A DNA stretch of 64,000 nt from a virus. The notes beneath the pieces are model-generated. The model did no database searches and was not told the DNA's origin. It saw nothing but the letters and a program-made list of their open reading frames with translations. The translations under genes were made by a program, and so were the position numbers. Shown in pieces: positions 1-8,965 of this stretch (positions within the stretch are counted from its first letter, which is position 1; the number at the start of each line of letters is the position of its first letter). The stretch is taken from positions 1 through 64,000 of IMG/VR virus record IMGVR_UViG_3300020183_000012, one strand, 5' to 3'.

Positions 1-103
1 CACAAATAGATGATATTATTTCAAAATAAAGATTTGCATTTTCTAGTTCGTTATACATAAATTATCTTTCTATTTTTTCTATCGTATATTTTTACGATTT
101 AAC

Positions 104-676
104 ATGAAAAAGACCTTTTCTATAGACCTTGGTTTTTCCAAAAGAACCTGGGATGATATTAGGTGCATTGTTTCTGAAATATCTCATCCCAAAAAGCATA
201 TATCTGTTGTTTTAGAAAAAAATCAAGTAGTATCAATAGGTGCAAATACTCATCACACTAAGCCCATAGCCACTAAGTATGGATATCAATTCGGAGAGTA
301 TCATTCTGAGCTTGATGCTATAATTAAAATGAGCAAAAGAAGTTCGTACAGAGAGCTAACTTTAATAAATTTTAGATTTAACAGAATGGGTGAAATAAGG
401 ATGGCGAGGCCATGCATCAAGTGCATGAGGTGGTGCAAGTCTTATTTTGATAGGATAGTTTATTCTCATGAAAATTGCTCTATGATGTATGAGCTTGATC
501 TTGATTCATACAACATTGATGATCATGCTAGAAATTTTATACCCGAATTTGAGCTTATGTCGGTTGACAATGGTTTCCGAAATGAGATAATGTCTATGTT
601 CAAGTCTAGGGACATTCTTAAAAATGAAAGACCTATTAAAATTAAGAAGATCAAAGCTGATCTCTTGCCTGCATGA
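104..676 (+). CDS. Zinc-dependent cytidine/adenosine deaminase-superfamily protein
   Basis: HSE (HxE) plus RPCIKC (PCxxC) zinc/catalytic motifs; GAN motif upstream. Confidence 0.8.
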   Translation: MKKTFSIDLGFSKRTWDDIRCIVSEISHPKKHISVVLEKNQVVSIGANTHHTKPIATKYGYQFGEYHSELDAIIKMSKRSSYRELTLINFRFNRMGEIRMARPCIKCMRWCKSYFDRIVYSHENCSMMYELDLDSYNIDDHARNFIPEFELMSVDNGFRNEIMSMFKSRDILKNERPIKIKKIKADLLPA

Positions 677-1319
677 ATCGGTTGTCAAAAAAGGCTTTAA
701 GAGTCCTCTTGTAGCATTTTCTGGTGGACCAGATTCATGCCTTTTGCTTTCCGGTCTTAGTGTTCTTTCAAAAAGAAAATCAACTCCAGCAGATTTTTCT
801 TTTTTTGCTTTTCATGTCAATCACAATTTAAGAGAATCGGCAAAACACGACGAAGATTTTTGTGTTGATTTCTGCAAAAAAATTAACGTTCCTATTGGTA
901 CCGCTAAACTTAATTTTTCTTCTTTAGAGAATATATATCACAGGGCACGTCAGGCAAGATACGACGCCTTGTTTGACTTTGCAAATTTAAACAGATGTGA
1001 CTGTATTTTGACCGCTCATCATGGTGATGATTTTGTTGAAACTGTTATTTTACAGTCTTTAAGGGGTGTAGATAAATCAAAAATTGGTATTAAGGAAATT
1101 TCCAACTGGAAGGGTCTTCCTTTAATTAGACCCATGTTTGATTTTACAAAAATTGAAATTGAAAGTATTTTAAAAAATCATAACATCCCTTTTGTTGTTG
1201 ATCCTTCTAATTATTCAGATAGAGCTAGATCAAAAATTAGAAGAGAAATTCTTCCTGTTTTAAAATCAATTAATCCTAGTGTTCATGCAACTATGAGAAG
1301 GATTTTTTCTGTAGATTAA
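624..1319 (+). CDS. tilS: tRNA(Ile)-lysidine synthetase, short form (catalytic domain only)
   Basis: PP-loop SGGPDS, HVNHNLR, ARQARY, TAHHGDD..ET, LIRP, DPSN motifs; 231 aa, lacking C-terminal domains. Confidence 0.9.
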   Translation: MKDLLKLRRSKLISCLHESVVKKGFKSPLVAFSGGPDSCLLLSGLSVLSKRKSTPADFSFFAFHVNHNLRESAKHDEDFCVDFCKKINVPIGTAKLNFSSLENIYHRARQARYDALFDFANLNRCDCILTAHHGDDFVETVILQSLRGVDKSKIGIKEISNWKGLPLIRPMFDFTKIEIESILKNHNIPFVVDPSNYSDRARSKIRREILPVLKSINPSVHATMRRIFSVD

Positions 1320-1431
1320 TTGATGTCTTATTGAAAATAACTTTAATGAAGATTCTTCCAGAAGAAGAAAAGTTAAAAGAATTGACAATAGAGTAATTTT
1401 TGATTTTGTTTTTGGTCGATCATGATTAGCC

Positions 1432-2481
1432 ATGATAGTCGATACAAATCCAAAATTAGATTTCTGTGACGTTTTGATAGTTCCAACGGAATCGGACCTC
1501 GAGAGCAGGAAACAGGTTTCACTCTCGAGGTCTTTTTCTTTTCGTTGGTCTCCTTATAAAATTACTACTACTCCTATTGTTGCTGCAAACATGCACAAGG
1601 TGGGTACTCTTAAATTAGCTCATAAAATGTATGAATTAAACATGATGACCTGTTTGTCTAAGCACATAGACACCGATAGGATTAACAGGTTTTTAGATTC
1701 CATAGAAGACTTTAATGACTCTAGTAGATTATGTAAATTCATGAGTTCAATAGGATTTTCTTTAGGCACACGCGGAGAGGACATTGATAGAGTTTTTTCT
1801 TTAATGAAAAATTTTCCACAAGTTAACACAATATGTATTGATGTTGCGAACGGCTATTGTAGATCTTTTAAGAAGTTTATAAACGATTTCAGAAAAGATT
1901 TTAAGGATAAAGTGATAATCGCGGGGAATGTGGTAACCGCTGACGAAGCATGCAAAATAATAGATGCCGGTGCTGATATTGTAAAAATAGGCATAGGATC
2001 TGGATCAGTTTGCACAACCAGAAAAATAACAGGAATAGGCTATCCTCAATTTTCTGCAATTATGGAAATTCAAAATAAGGTTCACTCAATAGGTGGATTT
2101 TTAATGAGTGATGGTGGCTGTCAGGTTCCTGGTGATATATGTAAGGCTTTTTCTGCTGGTGCGGATTTTGTTATGCTTGGGGGTATGCTTGCAGGTCATG
2201 AGGAATGTGTCCATTCCGAAGAAGATTGTCATATGACTTTTTATGGAATGAGTAGTGAACATGCCATGAGGAATCACTATGGTCAAATAGCAGAATATAG
2301 GGCCTCTGAAGGCAAGGTTGTAAAGGTTCAGTCTAGGGGTAGTGTTGTAGAGACAGTAAAAGAGATAATGGGTGGAATACGTAGTTGCTGTACTTATTTA
2401 AACTGCGAAGAAATTGAAAAAATGCCTCAAAATGCTAAATTTGTTGTTGTTAATAGACAGCTAAACGGAATGTTTTCATAA
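1432..2481 (+). CDS. guaC: GMP reductase
   Basis: PIVAANM, IDVANGY, KIGIGSGSVCTTR, SDGGC, FYGMSS, YRASEGK motifs; 349 aa without CBS domains. Confidence 0.93.
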   Translation: MIVDTNPKLDFCDVLIVPTESDLESRKQVSLSRSFSFRWSPYKITTTPIVAANMHKVGTLKLAHKMYELNMMTCLSKHIDTDRINRFLDSIEDFNDSSRLCKFMSSIGFSLGTRGEDIDRVFSLMKNFPQVNTICIDVANGYCRSFKKFINDFRKDFKDKVIIAGNVVTADEACKIIDAGADIVKIGIGSGSVCTTRKITGIGYPQFSAIMEIQNKVHSIGGFLMSDGGCQVPGDICKAFSAGADFVMLGGMLAGHEECVHSEEDCHMTFYGMSSEHAMRNHYGQIAEYRASEGKVVKVQSRGSVVETVKEIMGGIRSCCTYLNCEEIEKMPQNAKFVVVNRQLNGMFS

Positions 2482-2790
2482 ATGTATAAAGTTAAAATGA
2501 GTTTTGTGATTAGTATTCCAGATGATGGTTTGGAAAATCCGTCTAGGAATGATTTAATTAATAAAACTAAGCAGATATTTGATACCCTAAAAGATATATC
2601 TCTTGATATTAAAATAAAAAAAAGTATTTTTAAAAATTACTGTGATTCTGTTGAAGAAGATGAGATATCTAACGATTTAATAAAGAAAAAATCACAAGAG
2701 TTCTTAAATTTACAATTAAAAGAAAAAATGATTGATGGTTTTATTAAGTCTTTGGAGGACAGGACTGGCAAAATTGAGATTGGTCGATGA
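2482..2790 (+). CDS. hypothetical protein
   Basis: ORF abuts guaC stop. Confidence 0.6.
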   Translation: MYKVKMSFVISIPDDGLENPSRNDLINKTKQIFDTLKDISLDIKIKKSIFKNYCDSVEEDEISNDLIKKKSQEFLNLQLKEKMIDGFIKSLEDRTGKIEIGR

Positions 2791-2833
2791 ATATGTGATT
2801 GGGGGCTCGTAAAATTTGTAAAAGGAGAATTTT

Positions 2834-3214
2834 ATGGATAAAAGAGAAGAAGAGTTTTTTGGAGAAGACATTATTCCAGATAATATTTTTAATTCAGATG
2901 TTGATTTTTTAAATTTCATTTACGAAGAAGATCAAAAAAGGGAAAAGGCCAAAAGCTTTACTCCTTCATCATATCTTTTTAAAACTTACGTTGAATCAAG
3001 AAATGATTATAACGAGATGATGGAAAAAAATGGTGGAGACATGTCGGGCATAGAAACGGTCTATGGCTACGACGTTTATGTCGTAGTTGACTCCATATAC
3101 ATGTCTGTTGGCATCTATCCTACAATTAAAGAGGCAAGAAGGGCAGAAACAGCTGTGAGGCTTCGTCTTGAAAAGGATGTCAAGGACTATATCAGGGCAA
3201 AACTTTCTGTTTAA
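2834..3214 (+). CDS. hypothetical protein
   Basis: SD AAGGAG upstream; acidic N-terminus. Confidence 0.7.
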   Translation: MDKREEEFFGEDIIPDNIFNSDVDFLNFIYEEDQKREKAKSFTPSSYLFKTYVESRNDYNEMMEKNGGDMSGIETVYGYDVYVVVDSIYMSVGIYPTIKEARRAETAVRLRLEKDVKDYIRAKLSV

Positions 3215-3588
3215 TGTCCGTCATGATCAAGACAATAGATAACAGCGCCGAAAAAATAGGCGAATTGTGCGGTCTTGAAGAATATGATGTTGAAAAAATC
3301 AGAAGAACTTGTTCTTCAAATTTCAAAGACAATGGGTTTTATCAGAATTTTTCTCTCAAAAAAATTGGCACTAAATGTGAAATAAAAATTTCATCTTCTG
3401 GCAACAATGTCTGGTATTTTATGCTTGACTTTATAGATCCAGTTACTCATGCCAGTTTTTTTATTGATAATAGCATGATGAGTGCCCCCAAAACTATAAA
3501 CAGAAAAAAGCTAAAAGATCTTGTCAGTTTTTTCATTTACAAAGATGTAAGTGAAAGCAATGTAAGGTGTTTTGTTTCATCATTTTAA
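3214..3588 (+). CDS. hypothetical protein
   Basis: TAATG coupling to previous gene. Confidence 0.65.
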   Translation: MSVMIKTIDNSAEKIGELCGLEEYDVEKIRRTCSSNFKDNGFYQNFSLKKIGTKCEIKISSSGNNVWYFMLDFIDPVTHASFFIDNSMMSAPKTINRKKLKDLVSFFIYKDVSESNVRCFVSSF

Positions 3589-3602
3589 AGGAGATTGAAA
3601 AA

Positions 3603-3764
3603 ATGAATAAGGCAGGCAGATTAGTTAAGATAAAGCACAGAAAAAGAAAAAAAAGAATAAAGGCCAAGAAAAATGCGGCTATCACAGAAGCCTTAGCTGC
3701 AAAAGAAGCTAGGAGAAGAAGGAGAATGGGTATTAAACAGAATTCTCCGACTTCAATTCAGTAA
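3603..3764 (+). CDS. small very basic protein (53 aa)
   Basis: SD AAGGAG at ~3588 favours ATG 3603 (MNKAGRLVKIKHRKRKKRIK...). Confidence 0.65.
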   Translation: MNKAGRLVKIKHRKRKKRIKAKKNAAITEALAAKEARRRRRMGIKQNSPTSIQ

Positions 3765-4242
3765 CTGGTCTTAAATATTTTTGTGGTATGAACCAGGCAG
3801 GCTCTCTACCTGCCTGGTTTTCTTTATTGTACTTAAGCGCTTCTTCTCCTTTTGTGTATCCAACAATGTCGCAATAATTAAATCCCACCTCTACAAGAAT
3901 GTATATCTTTTCTTTATCATCTTTTTCTCTTATTATCAATCTGTAGCCGGGTTTCGTGACAGACCTAACTTCATATTCTCCTACATCTGGTATATTTTTA
4001 AAAGTATTAATTGTTATTTCTTGTTTTATGCCTAGATATTTTATAACTGCAAATTCTCCCTTGCATCCTATAATGTCCATGGTCAGTCCATCTTTTTCTT
4101 CCAAACCGTATTTGTGTTTAAGTCCCATTTCTCTTGATTGACTGTTTCTTTTTTTTGCCATTTGTATGCATTTTTCTATTTCTTTATTTTCTAAAAAAAT
4201 TCTTATCTTTTTGGTATTTTCTGTGTTTTTTTTATTTTCCAT
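3733..4242 (-). CDS. hypothetical phage protein, possibly PD-(D/E)xK-like nuclease fold
   Basis: G.KGEFAV...PD...EVRS pattern; start moved to ATG 4242, downstream of a GTCGAAG element. Confidence 0.55.
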   Translation of the reverse strand: MENKKNTENTKKIRIFLENKEIEKCIQMAKKRNSQSREMGLKHKYGLEEKDGLTMDIIGCKGEFAVIKYLGIKQEITINTFKNIPDVGEYEVRSVTKPGYRLIIREKDDKEKIYILVEVGFNYCDIVGYTKGEEALKYNKENQAGREPAWFIPQKYLRPVTELKSENSV

Positions 4243-4260
4243 GTATATACTTCGACACAT

Positions 4261-4491
4261 ATGGAAAATTCAAATACTCTAAAGCAAATGCTAAGATCCA
4301 GTGGTCAGGTTTGGGTTAGGCACAAAAGGAAGGACTCTAGCTTTACTCATTGGGCTCGTTGTAGGCTAATTGATGTAGTATCGGAACACGAGGCTCTTAT
4401 CAAACCAATCAAGCATGGCGGGAGGCTTGAAAAAGTTCCAATTAGTTCTCTCAAATTGTGGAATTCCATGAATAAAAAAAATACACATTGA
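4261..4491 (+). CDS. hypothetical protein
   Basis: ORF fills the gap divergent from the previous gene. Confidence 0.55.
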   Translation: MENSNTLKQMLRSSGQVWVRHKRKDSSFTHWARCRLIDVVSEHEALIKPIKHGGRLEKVPISSLKLWNSMNKKNTH

Positions 4492-4505
4492 CGATATAAA
4501 TTATT

Positions 4506-5549
4506 ATGATTAAACCAAACTTATACATGTTTCAATGGATATCGGATTTAGGTGGTGCGGATACAAGACTAAAAGAATTAATTGTTCTCTTGAAGAATGA
4601 TTTTAGTATAACTTGTGTTCCAAACGATGATTTTAGGTTAAAGGAAAAAGAAAACACTGATTTTCTTGACTCTCATGGCGTTAAGTATTCCTTGATGTCT
4701 GATTTACCTGCAAAGCTAGAGGGCTTTGCTTACGCAAATTGTAATTTTAGATTATTTTCAGAAAAGCATAGGATAGATTTTATAAATAAATCTGGTTTGA
4801 AATTTTTATGGTCTAATGACATGATGTGGACTGACAGGGAGGAGTTGGCTGCTATATCAGCAGGTAAGGTTGATTGCGTGCTATTTACTTCCCCTTTCCA
4901 TCAGAGTGTTTTAGAGAACTCTATTCTGCGTGCTAATGTCTCTCAAAAAATGGCAATTCTTGAGAACTTCTTTGACTCTTCTACTTGGCCCTACGTAAAA
5001 AGACAAAAGCGAGATTTTGTTGCATGTGGAAAAGTAAGCAGACCAGATATAATGAAATTCTCCGAGGATTTCCCAGTTTTCTATGAAAGTGTCACACAGG
5101 GTATGCCTGTACATTTCCATGTAATGGGATGGAGTGACGAATTAAAAGAGAAATATAATTGGTTTAATTTCTCTCCAGATAAATGGAAGCTATTGAATTC
5201 CAATAGTATACCAACTCAAAATTGGTTTAGTTTTCTTGATATATTCCTTTATAATTGCAACTTTAGGTTTATAGAGAATCAGAGCAGGGCAATTATAGAG
5301 GCTCAGTTGACAGGTTGTCCTGTGGTCGCTCCTGATAAATGGAATTTTCCAAATATGATTTGGGATCAAAGAACCGGTTTCTTATGGAGAAATTCATCAG
5401 AACTTAGAGATATAATGAAAGACCTCATGGATTACGATTTTAGGAATAAATATGGTAAGCTTGCTAGCGAGTGCACTAGGGATCTCTGGTGTGATGTAGG
5501 CGCAGCCAAGAGAAAATGGTATAAAGTTTTGGACTACGTGTTGAATTAA
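4506..5549 (+). CDS. GT-B fold (GT4-like) glycosyltransferase
   Basis: N-terminal LGGAD; C-terminal E-x7-E type ENQSRAIIEAQLTGCPVV, TGFL. Confidence 0.8.
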   Translation: MIKPNLYMFQWISDLGGADTRLKELIVLLKNDFSITCVPNDDFRLKEKENTDFLDSHGVKYSLMSDLPAKLEGFAYANCNFRLFSEKHRIDFINKSGLKFLWSNDMMWTDREELAAISAGKVDCVLFTSPFHQSVLENSILRANVSQKMAILENFFDSSTWPYVKRQKRDFVACGKVSRPDIMKFSEDFPVFYESVTQGMPVHFHVMGWSDELKEKYNWFNFSPDKWKLLNSNSIPTQNWFSFLDIFLYNCNFRFIENQSRAIIEAQLTGCPVVAPDKWNFPNMIWDQRTGFLWRNSSELRDIMKDLMDYDFRNKYGKLASECTRDLWCDVGAAKRKWYKVLDYVLN

Positions 5550-5561
5550 AGGAGAAAATAA

Positions 5562-6686
5562 ATGAAAACATTGATTTGGTCGGTAGCTTGGGGTGAATAT
5601 AGGTATATGCTGCAGAGTCTTATGTCATCTATAAGATCTGTTGGTATTGAGCATGATATATTGACTTTTTCTGATCAGCCGCTTTCTCAGGTAATATCTT
5701 GCGAAATGGACAAGAGCATTCATCTTGACGGCACTCAGTATTGGAAGTTTGAATATCTTAATAAGGTAGCTCAATTGGATTACGATGTTCTTGTTTTCAT
5801 AGACAGCGATCATTATTTTGTGCGTAAGCCAAGACTGGATTTCCACGAAATGCTGGCAGGAGATCCTTGGCATTCTTTCCTTGAGTCTCCCCTTAACAGT
5901 CCAATTACTTCAAGGGCTGATTGGTGGCAGGTTAAAAACGAAGACATGGTTAAAATGTGGAGAGATTTCGGAGTTCATCAAAAGACAGTTTATAACACAA
6001 ATGGAGGTTTCTGGGTTTGCAAAAGAGAATTTGCAAGACAGGCTAAGGACACTGTTTATCTTTTCAGAGATATGCAGTCAAAAAAGGGTTTAAATTTACC
6101 AGAAGAAGTTCCTATCGGTGTTCTTTCTCATATGTTTAGTATGGATTATAACAAGAGACTTCATCAAAATTTATATGACATATGGGCAAGCGAATGGACT
6201 GGTGCATTAAAAGATAGATTGCCCGATGGAAATCAATGGGAATTTAATGAATACATGACTGGTAAGAAATTTATGGTCAACCCATCTATTGTCCATGCAA
6301 TGAGAAGCAAAAACGCTTTGGTTCAAAATGGAAGGCAAATTTTTGAAAAAACCAAAGATGAAAGAAAGTTTATGACATGGGAGGAAATAAAATCTATGGT
6401 AAATTCTAATGTTGCTATGAGGTCTAATGTTCCTGCTGGTTCTGTAGTAATAGAAGATCAAACAAAGAAGCCATCTAGTAGTTCCTCTAAGGACTGCGGT
6501 TGTGGCAGGAAGAAGAAGTCTTCAAATAAGTTTAAGAACCAAGAGGTTTCTGCAGCTAATACTGATGTTGTTGTGAGTGATTCACTGCAAAGTATGCATG
6601 AGTCTATCCCAGTAGAAGGGGTCGTAGTTGATCCTATAGTGTCTCCAGCTATGACAGAAAAAAAAATGGCCAACAGCGTAGTTTAA
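5562..6686 (+). CDS. GT-A (GT8-like) glycosyltransferase with low-complexity C-terminal tail
   Basis: WKF..L, VFIDSD (DxD), NGGFW motifs; SD AAGGAG. Confidence 0.65.
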   Translation: MKTLIWSVAWGEYRYMLQSLMSSIRSVGIEHDILTFSDQPLSQVISCEMDKSIHLDGTQYWKFEYLNKVAQLDYDVLVFIDSDHYFVRKPRLDFHEMLAGDPWHSFLESPLNSPITSRADWWQVKNEDMVKMWRDFGVHQKTVYNTNGGFWVCKREFARQAKDTVYLFRDMQSKKGLNLPEEVPIGVLSHMFSMDYNKRLHQNLYDIWASEWTGALKDRLPDGNQWEFNEYMTGKKFMVNPSIVHAMRSKNALVQNGRQIFEKTKDERKFMTWEEIKSMVNSNVAMRSNVPAGSVVIEDQTKKPSSSSSKDCGCGRKKKSSNKFKNQEVSAANTDVVVSDSLQSMHESIPVEGVVVDPIVSPAMTEKKMANSVV

Positions 6687-6725
6687 CGCTTAGTCAAGAA
6701 AATATCTCATATAGAAAGAACAAAT

Positions 6726-6765
6726 GCGCCCTTTGTCGCTTAAACGACAGGGGCGTTTGTTCTTT
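6726..6765. terminator. hairpin terminator between convergent genes
   Basis: GCGCCCTTTGTCG-cttaaa-CGACAGGGGCGT followed by T-rich tract. Confidence 0.65.
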
Positions 6766-6832
6766 AAACAAACAAGTATTGATTAAATTTGTTCATCAGT
6801 ATGATAGCAAATGCCCAATGAACATTTGGTAA

Positions 6833-7969
6833 TTATGTTCTTATAAGTCTGTGCATCATGTTGTCAGATAAAAGAAACTTTCCTTCAAACTTATTGTCAT
6901 TTACCTTTTTGAGTATACTTGTTGGTTTCTTTTCTTTATTATATATGTAGATGGAATTTTCTTTGTATTCCCAAAATCTTTCATTATCATTTGAGTATAT
7001 CCCTATTGTCCCGTCTGCATTCAATCTCATCATGCCGTATGTCTTTCCATTTCCAGAGAACTTCCATGTGTTGCCGGATAGACTTTCTGCGCTTTCTTCC
7101 CTGTTTGTGTTTATATTACCAGAAAGATATTTTTTTGTTTCCTCTTCATTGCTAAAAACAATATTTTCTTTCATAGCTTTTTTGAATGGCTCAAAATTTT
7201 TCCACTTGTCAGTTACATAGTGTATATGGGAATATCTACCGTTTTTATTTATACAGCTGTATGATTGAGCCCATTCAAAAGGACATAAAAAATAAGCCTC
7301 TACAATTGGTACTTTTGCTAGTCTTGCTGCCACATATGGTGTCTGATCAGTAAAAATTGGTTTAGTGTTTTTGCAAAGTTTGTAATACTCTTCTATTCTT
7401 TTCCAATTTTTTATTCTTTTTATCCCAGATTTTGATATTATTGTTGGCTCCCATGCATGTGTAAAGTATGGTATTCCTTCAAAATTTGTTATATCATTTG
7501 ACTCAAAAAAGAAATTATCTATTTTCATAGATTTCAAAATTCTTTGTTGTCCACTTTCTAAATCTGTATTTCTTCCACCCATAAGCATCATTGGATCATT
7601 AAAGTCGTAATATTGATTTAGTATCTCAACTGTTTTGTCTATATCCGTACTTGAGTCGTCATCAACCTGCATTACCCAGCTTGAGTTATTGTCAAAATCT
7701 TTTAGATATTTTAAAAACCTCATACTCATGGGTATGCCAGGACAATTATACCATATGTCTTTTTGTGGTATAAAATCCGGTCTTGGCTCGTCTTCTACAA
7801 GATAAACGAATCTTGTCTTTATTAATTTGTCCTTTTGCTTATATCCATAGGAAGATACGTATTCCCTAAGCCTTGCTGCATATTTTTCTTTTTTTGTACA
7901 AGCAACAATACATAGTGTAAAATCAAATATATTCTCATTCATATTAAATAACTTTCCGATAAAATTCAT
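6833..7969 (-). CDS. putative GT-A (Fringe/GT31-like) glycosyltransferase
   Basis: WVMQVDDDS motif; context among glycan genes. Confidence 0.55.
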   Translation of the reverse strand: MNFIGKLFNMNENIFDFTLCIVACTKKEKYAARLREYVSSYGYKQKDKLIKTRFVYLVEDEPRPDFIPQKDIWYNCPGIPMSMRFLKYLKDFDNNSSWVMQVDDDSSTDIDKTVEILNQYYDFNDPMMLMGGRNTDLESGQQRILKSMKIDNFFFESNDITNFEGIPYFTHAWEPTIISKSGIKRIKNWKRIEEYYKLCKNTKPIFTDQTPYVAARLAKVPIVEAYFLCPFEWAQSYSCINKNGRYSHIHYVTDKWKNFEPFKKAMKENIVFSNEEETKKYLSGNINTNREESAESLSGNTWKFSGNGKTYGMMRLNADGTIGIYSNDNERFWEYKENSIYIYNKEKKPTSILKKVNDNKFEGKFLLSDNMMHRLIRT

Positions 7970-7996
7970 ATAAATTTATCGTCATAGATTTTTAAA

Positions 7997-8929
7997 ATGA
8001 AATTCAATAAAAGAATAAAAATAAATAAATCAAAAATTGATAGCAAGAAGAAAAAAGATGCTTCTGCTTATTTTGATAATTTAAGAAAAAATATAAAAAA
8101 AAATAAGCCAGTTAAAAATAAAAGCATAAACAAAAAAAATAATTTATTTACAAAAAGTGAAAAATCAAGGGCAAATGCTGTTTGTTTGATAGGCTTTCCG
8201 GAATATGCCTGTTCCTCTTTTGACTCTATATATGAAAATATAATAAAACCCAATAAGGCTGTCGTTTTCGCACATATTTGGACTAACGGATATGAAGCTA
8301 AATTACCTAAGGTTGAAAGTTTGTTAAAATCTGTAAAAGCGATTTATCACATGCAGCCTCAAAATAGAGAAATATATGATACTTCTTTTGTAAAGGGATG
8401 CTGGTATAACAAAAGAAAAACAGGTCCTCTTTCTTTTCCTCCAAACGTGTTTGGGCAATTTGACAGCGCAAACAGGGTAATGAATCTAATAAAAAAATAT
8501 GAAAAATCCAATAATAAATTCGATTGGATATTTAAGAGTAGATTTGATATGCATTTTCTTCATTCTATTATAATGAAAAATTATGAAAAAAATAATAATA
8601 AAATTGAAGAAATTCATGCAAGGCCAAATCCATATCCGTGGATGTTTCAAGATTTTGCTTTTTTTGGAACATCAAAAGCCATGCATTTGTGGGGAAAGTC
8701 TATTGTAAATATTAAAAAAATATACACAAAACACGATGCTGCTTTTAATCAAGAATCTCTTTGGAGTAAAAACTGGGAGTTAAATGGAATAAAAATAGTT
8801 CCACATTCAGAATGGAATTTTCACGCTACTAAAAGATCAGATACATGCCATTTATGTAGAGGTATAGAACACGAGCCCAAGCCGTATAATGCAAAAAATC
8901 CAAGTAACCATACATGGGAGCTTAAATAG
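7997..8929 (+). CDS. putative glycosyltransferase with Lys-rich N-terminus
   Basis: AVCLIG, VFAHIW, FDWIFKSRFD, D.AFFG pattern; similar to 23883..24629. Confidence 0.55.
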   Translation: MKFNKRIKINKSKIDSKKKKDASAYFDNLRKNIKKNKPVKNKSINKKNNLFTKSEKSRANAVCLIGFPEYACSSFDSIYENIIKPNKAVVFAHIWTNGYEAKLPKVESLLKSVKAIYHMQPQNREIYDTSFVKGCWYNKRKTGPLSFPPNVFGQFDSANRVMNLIKKYEKSNNKFDWIFKSRFDMHFLHSIIMKNYEKNNNKIEEIHARPNPYPWMFQDFAFFGTSKAMHLWGKSIVNIKKIYTKHDAAFNQESLWSKNWELNGIKIVPHSEWNFHATKRSDTCHLCRGIEHEPKPYNAKNPSNHTWELK

Positions 8930-8930
8930 T

Positions 8931-8965
8931 GAAGGTTTTATGGTTTATTTATGGTATAAATTTAT
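8931..8965 (+). promoter_or_regulatory. class A putative late promoter (AGGW-N17-19-TAAW), leaderless
   Basis: AAGGTTT...GTATAAAT with GG 32 nt before ATG; the same geometry recurs at ~13 sites. Confidence 0.6.
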
